64,000 nt of DNA from IMG/VR virus record IMGVR_UViG_3300021387_000648, positions 64,001 through 128,000 of that record. One strand, given 5' to 3'. Below are positions 37,727-45,408 of this stretch, one piece after another. The translations under genes and the position numbers were made by a program. Source of the stretch: a virus. Its lineage: Duplodnaviria > Caudoviricetes. Under the pieces are notes generated by a model. That model was not told where the DNA came from and did not search any database. It saw only the letters and a list, made by a program, of their open reading frames with translations. Within the stretch, counting starts at the first letter, position 1. Each line of letters opens with the position of its first letter.

Positions 37727-40075
37727 TTGGCAAAGACCAAAACACGGAAACAGGCGCAGTTCAATATGGACTTCGCGGACGGCACGGCCAAGATGCTGGA
37801 ATCGTATACGGGTGTGCAGGCGGTGCGTCCGCTGAATGACAGAGTGTTCCGGGGCGATGGCGGCTACCAGAACATGCTGACCAAGTACGGAACGTCCAGA
37901 GATGCAAGCGAGTACTATAACTACGTTGCGGATGCGGATGTTACCGACATGGAACTGGCGACGTTCTACGAGCAGAACGGTTTGTTCGCAAGGGTGATTG
38001 ATGCCCCTGCGGAGGAGGCTGTGAAGCACGGCTTTGAGATTGTCGATCTGGAAGACGACAGCATTCAGGGCTTCACCGACGAGTGCCTTGATGAACTGGA
38101 CTGGGAAGAAACTGCGATGCAGAGCCTTAAATGGGCCAGACTGTTCGGCGGTTCGATTGCGGTGCTTCTGATCAATGACGGTCGAAGCATCGACAGACCG
38201 GTCAACTGGGACCAAATCAAGTCCATCGACGATATCCGGGTGTTCGACCGGTCGGTGATTTCACCGGACTATTCGAGCATGTACGAATATGACAACCTCA
38301 AAGGACAGGACCCATTCCGGACCAGAGGCAGCAGGCTTGGGTATCCGGAGTGGTTTCATGTGTCCGGCAGAAACGGATCGTTCACGGTCCATGAGACCCG
38401 GTGCCTGATTTTCCAGAACGGGGTGCTTCCGGAGAACACCACGACATCTCAGTATCAGTTCTGGGGTATTCCGGAGTACGTCCGAATTAATCGGGCGATC
38501 CGGGATGTGGAGATTGCGCACGGGATGGCACCGAAGATGCTTGACCGTTCGGTGCAGGCGATCTATAAGATGGCAAATCTCTCCAACCTTCTTCAATCGG
38601 AACAGGGCGAGGACGTTGTTTTGAAAAGGCTGAAGATCATCGACATGGCAAAGGGCTTGATGAACAGCATGGTCCTTGACGCCAACGGTGAGGACTACGA
38701 CTTTAAGTCCTTCTCCTACACCGGAGTCTCCGATGTCATCAACACGACCTGCAACTATCTGTCTGCGCTGACCAATATCCCGCAGACAATCCTGTTCGGA
38801 AGATCTCCTGCTGGTATGAACGCAACCGGTTCTTCCGATTTGGAAAACTATTACAACTATGTAGAGAGAATCCAGAAGCGGATGCTGCGAAGCAATTTGC
38901 GGTATCTGCTTTCTGTTATCCTCCAAGCGGGCAAACACACCGGCGAAATCAAGAAGATCCCCAAAATCAAGATCGAGTTCAACTCTCTGTGGTCCATGAC
39001 GGAAACCGAAAAGGTTGCTCTGGATCTCCAGAAGGCACAGGTTGAAAGTGCCAAGGCGCAGACCGCAGCGGCTTATGTGCAGATGCAGGCAATTGATCCG
39101 GGCGAGGTCCGGAAAAAGCTTGCTGATGAAGGTGAGTTCGATGTGGAAACGCTGCTGGATGATTTCAGCGAGGAAGAACTGGAAGAGAACGACCCGAAGA
39201 ATCAGCAGCAGGAGGGCGGAGACCCGATGGCCGCGATGATGGGCGGCGGAGGCGGCGGTGGCGAGAATCCGTTTGCCGCGATGATGGGCGGTGGCGGTGA
39301 ACAGCCGCAGGCCCCAGAGAAACCCGCAGAGCCAAAGCAGCCGGAACAGCAGCCGAAGCATGAGACGCCGAAGCCTCCGAAAGAGGAAGAAGAGCTCAAA
39401 AAGCAGCTGACGAAGAAGACAGAAGGCAATTCCCCCGATGCGGCCCCTGAGGCGACAAAGCTTCCGAAGGACATGGACTTCTCTGATGAGGTAAACAAAG
39501 ACGCCGAGAACGAGATTTCCGAAGAGCCGAAGGAAGAGATGGTGCAAAAGCCCGAGCCGCACAAACAGGAAAATGTGTGGGACAGGCTGGAAGTCAAGGA
39601 CGCCGAAGACGAGAAGCCGATGGGCGGAGTCGGAGTCCTGATCATTCAGGGCAACAAGATCCTGACCGGTACCAGAATCGCCGGTGACGCTGGCGGCTAT
39701 GGCCTGCTTGGCGGCCCGGGCGGTCACATCGAGTACATGGAGACTCCGGAAGAAGCAGCCTGCCGGGAGACGGAAGAAGAGTTCGGAATTCGACCGATTG
39801 ACCTGAAGGAAATCGGGACCATCGTTGACGATGACGAATCTGTCAAGGTATCGCATATCTTCACGGCGACGATGTACTCCGGAATCCTGCAGTGCGACGA
39901 CGTGGAGATGAGAGAAGCGGTCTGGCACGACCTTGCCGACCTGACGAACATGCAAGGCCTGCTGTTCAAGCCGTTTGCCGACAGCCTTAATATCCTTCTT
40001 GAAGAAATCTATCGGGAGGATGAGAAAGGCGAGCCGGTCTGCATCTCTGCTGAGGAAGCGGTCAAGCAGATTTGA
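37727..40075 (+). CDS. portal protein (DUF1073-type) fused to a C-terminal Nudix hydrolase
   Basis: ARLFGGS, IPQTILFGRSPAGMNATG.SDLENYY; Nudix box GGHIEYMETPEEAACRETEEEFGI. Confidence 0.88.
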   Translation: MAKTKTRKQAQFNMDFADGTAKMLESYTGVQAVRPLNDRVFRGDGGYQNMLTKYGTSRDASEYYNYVADADVTDMELATFYEQNGLFARVIDAPAEEAVKHGFEIVDLEDDSIQGFTDECLDELDWEETAMQSLKWARLFGGSIAVLLINDGRSIDRPVNWDQIKSIDDIRVFDRSVISPDYSSMYEYDNLKGQDPFRTRGSRLGYPEWFHVSGRNGSFTVHETRCLIFQNGVLPENTTTSQYQFWGIPEYVRINRAIRDVEIAHGMAPKMLDRSVQAIYKMANLSNLLQSEQGEDVVLKRLKIIDMAKGLMNSMVLDANGEDYDFKSFSYTGVSDVINTTCNYLSALTNIPQTILFGRSPAGMNATGSSDLENYYNYVERIQKRMLRSNLRYLLSVILQAGKHTGEIKKIPKIKIEFNSLWSMTETEKVALDLQKAQVESAKAQTAAAYVQMQAIDPGEVRKKLADEGEFDVETLLDDFSEEELEENDPKNQQQEGGDPMAAMMGGGGGGGENPFAAMMGGGGEQPQAPEKPAEPKQPEQQPKHETPKPPKEEEELKKQLTKKTEGNSPDAAPEATKLPKDMDFSDEVNKDAENEISEEPKEEMVQKPEPHKQENVWDRLEVKDAEDEKPMGGVGVLIIQGNKILTGTRIAGDAGGYGLLGGPGGHIEYMETPEEAACRETEEEFGIRPIDLKEIGTIVDDDESVKVSHIFTATMYSGILQCDDVEMREAVWHDLADLTNMQGLLFKPFADSLNILLEEIYREDEKGEPVCISAEEAVKQI

Positions 40076-40087
40076 TATTATAAAGCA

Positions 40088-40116
40088 TTGACAGTGTACT
40101 AATTTTAGTGTATAAT
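40088..40116 (+). promoter_or_regulatory. consensus promoter with 16-bp box
   Basis: TTGACA-17-TATAAT; TGTACTAATTTTAGTG. Confidence 0.85.
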
Positions 40117-40139
40117 ACAGTTGGATTGCGAGGGGTAGA

Positions 40140-40961
40140 ATGCTGAGCAAACAAGGCGAGCGGCAGCTTGATGAGATGGCCGCGATATCTGAAGAGCTTG
40201 GCGCTATCGTTCCGAACAACGGCTGGACGCCTTATGCGAGGAAGATCCTGCTGAGGCTCCAAGAACTGAGTATCAGTCTTTTTGGACAGTCCGAGGTCCG
40301 AGAGGATGCAAGCATCGGCGAGATTCTTGCGGCAAAGAAGAATTCGGCCCTGCCGGATGACCTGACAGAACAGGAAAAAGCGCAGGGCTATTACTTCCGG
40401 ACCGTCAACGGAAACAGCATCAAGTTCAGTTCCGAAACAGGACTCCCGGTGGACGGACAGCCGAAAGCGTTTGGCGCACAAGACCTGCAAGAGATGGTCG
40501 ACAACGCTCTGGCAAGTATTGAGGCCAAGCGGGAAGGCAAAGAGCCGGAAGAGCCGGAACATAGAGACAGATACAGCAGCCCGTATCCGATGGAGCAGAT
40601 TTCCGCCGAGGGCGAAAACTTCCCGTGCATAGGGTTTACGGAGAACAACCTTCGCGTTCACAAGGAGCAAAGGCACCCCGAGCAGTATGCGAACATGACA
40701 GCCGAGGAGTATAACGAGCACGCAAAGAAACTTCTGATGAAGAAGTGCGGTCCGGATATCTGGGGCTATCGCTGTTCGGACGGGAGCATCTGCCGGTTCA
40801 ACAGACTCACCGGCGAGTATGCAAAAGGATATCCCGGAGGGAATATCAAAACGTGTTTCTATCCGACACGGCTGAATGCGGCGGACCCGACAGACATAGA
40901 TTTGGATTTTGCGAGGAACTATTTTATGGCGAGGAAGGAAGCGGAACAGTATGATCGATAG
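40140..40961 (+). CDS. putative RNase-type polymorphic toxin
   Basis: L..H...RH..QY..MT.EEY...A..LL...IKTCFYP pattern; upstream of a CPCC gene. Confidence 0.55.
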   Translation: MLSKQGERQLDEMAAISEELGAIVPNNGWTPYARKILLRLQELSISLFGQSEVREDASIGEILAAKKNSALPDDLTEQEKAQGYYFRTVNGNSIKFSSETGLPVDGQPKAFGAQDLQEMVDNALASIEAKREGKEPEEPEHRDRYSSPYPMEQISAEGENFPCIGFTENNLRVHKEQRHPEQYANMTAEEYNEHAKKLLMKKCGPDIWGYRCSDGSICRFNRLTGEYAKGYPGGNIKTCFYPTRLNAADPTDIDLDFARNYFMARKEAEQYDR

Positions 40962-41220
40962 AGAGGACTACTTCAAGCCGCACATGTGCCCGGTATGCGG
41001 AAAGTTCGAGTTTCCGACACACGGGTCCTACGAGATCTGCGAGGAATGCGGATGGGAAGACGACGGAATGCAGGAGACCGATCCTGAGGCCGGTGGTGCC
41101 AACTGGGAAGGACTGGCAGGGTACAGAGCGCTGTATCAGGCCGGGAAACATAATCTGCCTACTGCCGAGAGACGGGAATGGCTGATCGAAAACGGGTATC
41201 TCCAATCAAAGAATAGCTGA
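40951..41220 (+). CDS. Cys-rich CPCC-family immunity-like protein
   Basis: CPVCG...YEICEECGWEDDG...GGAN. Confidence 0.75.
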   Translation: MIDREDYFKPHMCPVCGKFEFPTHGSYEICEECGWEDDGMQETDPEAGGANWEGLAGYRALYQAGKHNLPTAERREWLIENGYLQSKNS

Positions 41221-41300
41221 CCTGCCACGTGTAGGAACAGTTTCTGAAGACGTTTCGCAAGAGCGAGGCGTCTTTTGCTTTTATCGGAAGGTGGTGCGTT

Positions 41301-42083
41301 ATGACTGATGCTGTAGCTGAATACAGAAAGCGGAGACAGCAGAGGCTTGATGCACGCTTTCACCGCGATGCCCCCGAAGAGGAGGCAAACGGAAACAATA
41401 ACACGCCGGTCAAAAGAACCGGTGGACACGGAAACACGCGCCTGCCGTTCGGCCTGTGCCAACGGTACGGTATTGACGTGGACAGTTCGTGGAGTCCGAG
41501 AGATGCATGGGATGCTCTGGCGGAGAAGGGCATAACGCCTGAGGCGGAGTTTGCCAAGCGAAACGGCGGAGCGAGCTTTATCAGGACCAGAAGCGGCGCA
41601 ACATACAAAAACCTGAGCGCGACCAAAGTAAATGACGGCAAGTACACCCTGAGAGGCGACTTCACAGACCGCACATTGAGCGGAAGGCCGATCACGGCCA
41701 CTGCTGCCGCGTTCCACACGTTCCTGAATAAGGAGGAAATGTACGCTTGCCTTCAGGAGCACGGAATCAGCCGGTTTAAGGACCCGGATACCGGGGAGAC
41801 GGTGAACCCGAGCAAGATGAAGCTGCCGAAGACGGTTGCCAAGGTCGGGGAAACGCGGTACAAGGATCTTGTACTTGGCACGCGGTACAACAAGACCGGA
41901 CACCCTTACAGCAGGCGTGGATTTACAGTCACAGGCACCGACTTCACCGGGCACCGTACAACCTTGAAGATCTTCGAGAAGATTTCCGATGCAAAAGCCT
42001 ACGCTGCGAAAATCGGCTGCAAGGAATCTGACCTGAGGACGTCTCCGGATCTCAAAAAGTACGCAACGCCGAAGATCGGCTGA
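41301..42083 (+). CDS. Arg-rich leader + HGNT domain protein; short paralog of 33364
   Basis: DPDTGETVNP...TGTDFTG matches DPETGELVNP...TGTDFMG. Confidence 0.75.
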   Translation: MTDAVAEYRKRRQQRLDARFHRDAPEEEANGNNNTPVKRTGGHGNTRLPFGLCQRYGIDVDSSWSPRDAWDALAEKGITPEAEFAKRNGGASFIRTRSGATYKNLSATKVNDGKYTLRGDFTDRTLSGRPITATAAAFHTFLNKEEMYACLQEHGISRFKDPDTGETVNPSKMKLPKTVAKVGETRYKDLVLGTRYNKTGHPYSRRGFTVTGTDFTGHRTTLKIFEKISDAKAYAAKIGCKESDLRTSPDLKKYATPKIG

Positions 42084-42103
42084 CAATCAGAGAGGGGTAC
42101 AGA

Positions 42104-43045
42104 ATGGACGAGAAGCCCGTAAGGGGTATAGATGTACTCCGAAGAAAAAGAGTTCGAAACGGACAGATAAGAGAGCACGGCGAAATTTCACCAAGGCGGA
42201 GACCGACCTATCCGATCTCCGCCGAGCGTGAATGCATGCGCGGCACTCTGGCCTATACAGAGATGGTGATTCAGACGGTGCAGCCCGCGATCAACAGCGT
42301 GATGCGGCAGTACGTGGAGCGCGGCGAGGTACGGCAGGACGCGACCGGAGAGTTTATTTCAACCGCGAGAGGACTTCGCTTGGCGGCGGCTGAAAGGCTG
42401 GACCGTAAAAAAGGCGCTCTGGCAAAGCTTGAAAGGCAGTATGCCAGAAGCGGAAGCCTTGCCAAAAACCACTCGATCGAAGACTGGAATGATCAGGTCC
42501 GTGATGCCCTTGGCTTTGAGATCAACGTCAAGAGCTATCAAGAGGATATGGAAAGCATGGTCCAGCGCTGGATTCACGAAAACGTGAGCAAGATCCAGTC
42601 GATTCCGAACGAGTACCTTGCCGAGGTCGAGTCGATTATCCGGTGGGGCTACGAAACCAAACAGCCGAAGGTCAACGTCTACCGGAGACTGGAAAAACTG
42701 ATCGGCCTGACAAAGTCCAAAGCAATGATGATTGCAAGGGACCAGTTGGGAACACTCAATTGCCAGATGACGAGATACGAGCACGAAAGCGCTGGCGTCG
42801 GCAAGTATAAGTGGATCACCAAGCGTGACAGTCGAGTAAGAGACAGCCACAGGGCCTTGCATGGAACGGTCCACAAGTGGAGCGAGCCGCCTGCCGAGTG
42901 GTACATGACGAAATCAAGAGGGATTGTGTACACTGGAAGATACTGCCACCCGGGCGAAAGCTACGGCTGTCGCTGCGTAGCGTCGCCGGTATTTGATATA
43001 GACATTGCAAAACGCTATCTGGCGAACAAGTTTAAGCCTTTGTAG
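42104..43045 (+). CDS. minor head protein (MuF / SPP1 gp7 family), short form with no toxin
   Basis: IARDQ, W.TKRDSRVRDSH..LHG, HPGE.YGCRCVA. Confidence 0.9.
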   Translation: MDEKPVRGIDVLRRKRVRNGQIREHGEISPRRRPTYPISAERECMRGTLAYTEMVIQTVQPAINSVMRQYVERGEVRQDATGEFISTARGLRLAAAERLDRKKGALAKLERQYARSGSLAKNHSIEDWNDQVRDALGFEINVKSYQEDMESMVQRWIHENVSKIQSIPNEYLAEVESIIRWGYETKQPKVNVYRRLEKLIGLTKSKAMMIARDQLGTLNCQMTRYEHESAGVGKYKWITKRDSRVRDSHRALHGTVHKWSEPPAEWYMTKSRGIVYTGRYCHPGESYGCRCVASPVFDIDIAKRYLANKFKPL

Positions 43046-43058
43046 AGTGAGAAAAGTG

Positions 43059-43087
43059 TTGACACTGTACTAATATTAGTGTATAAT
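43059..43087 (+). promoter_or_regulatory. consensus promoter with 16-bp box
   Basis: TTGACA-17-TATAAT; TGTACTAATATTAGTG. Confidence 0.85.
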
Positions 43088-43103
43088 AAAGGTGGTCGGA
43101 GAG

Positions 43104-44726
43104 ATGGACAATTCCGTTAATCGATATAGGAACCGCAGAAAAACGAGAGTTGCCGGAAGACGGAAGGCAAGGCTTGACAGCGTGGAGGCCTACAGACAGC
43201 GCAGAGAGCAGAGGCTTCAGGAACGCTTTGACGCGAGTGCGCGTCTGGCCTACGGAATTGCAAAGAGCATGGGAATCAAGACCGAGGGCATGGAGCCCAA
43301 AGAGGTCTGGGCCGCGATCAAGAAGAAAGATCCCGGCGCTGCTGAGGCGGCTGCAAAAAGCTTCGGCAACAGAGGACCGAAAGGCAATGTGACCGGAAAA
43401 AGCGGTGAGCGCAGCAAGCAGACTTCCCGTGCGAAGTATCAGGGGAACTGGATGCCGCCAAAGGTCAAGGGCCTTGATGCCGCGACGGTGAACAACACGC
43501 TTTCCGGCTGCGACAAGGTCGGCGGACAGCACTATGCCAAGGGCACCAAGGTCGCCAATGAGAAGCCGACGCTGAGAACCTTTACCACGCATGGTATGGA
43601 TCACATCCAGCAGGTGGTCGAGAAGACCAATCAGGCTGCGGACGTGATTGAGCAGCTTCAGGGAAATCACCGTTTTCGCGGTGCCAAGATGGACCGGAAA
43701 CTGATGCTTGTGTCTGCTTGGTTTCATGACACCGGCATGGACGGCGGCGACATCAATTGGAGCAAAGACAACGGAGACGGTATCCGTGGCAATCACGGAA
43801 TGAATTCCGCGATGCATATTCTTGAGCACTCTGCGGAACTTCAAAAGCTTGGCGTTAATCCGAGTCAGGCCGCGTTTATTGCCTTTGCCCACACGAAGAG
43901 TAAATCCGGAGTCAATGACCTGATGAGTCCGGAAGACTGGAAGGTTGGTCTGGACAAGATCGAAACCGCCGTTAACGAGTATAATGAGCGGAACCCGAAT
44001 AAGAAAATCAAGTTTGACCGCGACTCTGTGTTCGGCGGGGAACCGAACGAAGAGAACATCCGCCACATGGCTTCGCAGGTTGCGGCGGTACGTCTTGGAG
44101 ACGCCAACAGAGAAGCCAACATTCCACTTCGGGCCCAGAGCGGCGGTAAGTACGACATCGACAAGATGGCAACGCCGGATCAGTGCGGGTCTTGGCAGGA
44201 TGAGGTCAACAACTCCAAGATCAGCATCAAGGACGACAACGGCGTGCATGACCTGAATGACGACAAGGACGGGTTCATCGGAGAGCTCGGACAGGAGAGC
44301 CGAGACTTTTCCAAAAAGGTTGTTCTTGGTGAGCGGAATATGGTCAAGGTTGACACGGTCCTGCATAACGGCAGTCTTGCTTTGAGCGTGTCGCTCCGAG
44401 GCGGAAACGATGTTCCGCACTGCACGGTGGAGGCGCTTCTGGAACGCTGCGGCGAACTGAATACCATCAACGGTATTCCGAGAAGCATGCAGATCAAGAT
44501 GACCGGAGTCAAGAGCGCGAATGACATGAATCCGAACGCCACGGGAGCCTATGACGACATGTGGAAACGGATTGAGACCGAGGTTGACAAGAAGACCGGA
44601 AAGCCGAAGTACGGCGGCATTGACGCCCTGACGCTTGTTTGCGAAGACGGCACGAAGATTGAGTACAAGAGAGAACCGAACGGCGGAAACAACAGAGAAT
44701 GGAACAACGGAGGGAACAGCAAATGA
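43104..44726 (+). CDS. putative virion cargo: double Arg-rich leader + HD phosphohydrolase domain
   Basis: THGMDH..., WFHDTGM, IRGNHG, AH, RLGD. Confidence 0.72.
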   Translation: MDNSVNRYRNRRKTRVAGRRKARLDSVEAYRQRREQRLQERFDASARLAYGIAKSMGIKTEGMEPKEVWAAIKKKDPGAAEAAAKSFGNRGPKGNVTGKSGERSKQTSRAKYQGNWMPPKVKGLDAATVNNTLSGCDKVGGQHYAKGTKVANEKPTLRTFTTHGMDHIQQVVEKTNQAADVIEQLQGNHRFRGAKMDRKLMLVSAWFHDTGMDGGDINWSKDNGDGIRGNHGMNSAMHILEHSAELQKLGVNPSQAAFIAFAHTKSKSGVNDLMSPEDWKVGLDKIETAVNEYNERNPNKKIKFDRDSVFGGEPNEENIRHMASQVAAVRLGDANREANIPLRAQSGGKYDIDKMATPDQCGSWQDEVNNSKISIKDDNGVHDLNDDKDGFIGELGQESRDFSKKVVLGERNMVKVDTVLHNGSLALSVSLRGGNDVPHCTVEALLERCGELNTINGIPRSMQIKMTGVKSANDMNPNATGAYDDMWKRIETEVDKKTGKPKYGGIDALTLVCEDGTKIEYKREPNGGNNREWNNGGNSK

Positions 44727-45118
44727 AGTATGTCGGCAAGAGCGTGATTCGCGGCGATGTGGTCAGTTACAAGTTTGCGGCTGACGAGATGAAGACGGAA
44801 AAGGACTGCTTCCGGTTCGCGGCTGTGGCCTGCGGCTACGGCGAGCTTGAGATCGTCGAGTGCCGTGGCTACTCGGACATGGACACCCACGAGAACTATT
44901 GCAGCTTCAAAACGCAGAAAGAGTTCGTGGGTGGCCTTGACAAGGTCAAGAAGATCGATGCTGATGTGATTGAAGTCCGCACGAAGGTTGACGGGTCCCG
45001 CGTGACCATCTCGATCACTCCGTGCTGGGATAACGAAGCAGGAAACACGGTTAACGTTTCCGGACCGGAGGAAGCGGTTAAGAAAGTAGCCGCCATGATC
45101 CAGAAGAAAAACGGCTGA
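44723..45118 (+). CDS. hypothetical protein (possible immunity)
   Basis: Coupled to the upstream gene; GGAGGG RBS. Confidence 0.6.
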   Translation: MKYVGKSVIRGDVVSYKFAADEMKTEKDCFRFAAVACGYGELEIVECRGYSDMDTHENYCSFKTQKEFVGGLDKVKKIDADVIEVRTKVDGSRVTISITPCWDNEAGNTVNVSGPEEAVKKVAAMIQKKNG

Positions 45119-45141
45119 TACATCAATCGGAGGTAGAAAAC

Positions 45142-45351
45142 ATGATTGGTCCGTCCCCTGAGTTCACAAGCAGCAAGTACTTTGTCGCAGATCCCGAGTG
45201 GCACATGCTTCCGGGTGCTTCCGACAAGGACAAGAAGGAACTGGAAGAGTTCATGAACGGCGGCGGTTATCCGAACATCTGGAAGTCGGAGAACCCGAAA
45301 ATGAAGAAGCCCTACTACACATGGTCGGGTAAGATCGTCGATAAAGGTTAA
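45142..45351 (+). CDS. small hypothetical protein
   Basis: GGAGGT RBS. Confidence 0.6.
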   Translation: MIGPSPEFTSSKYFVADPEWHMLPGASDKDKKELEEFMNGGGYPNIWKSENPKMKKPYYTWSGKIVDKG

Positions 45352-45408
45352 TAAACAAAGCGTTGCTGACGGGCAGCGCTTTTTTCATATCCGAATGGCG
45401 GTGATTAG

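Noticed and set aside
38261-40219. Long minus-strand ORFs (also 4848-6035, 43032-44420, 50047-51696, 52274-53386)
   Set aside because: They are antisense shadows of well-supported + strand genes, with no motifs or clear RBS.
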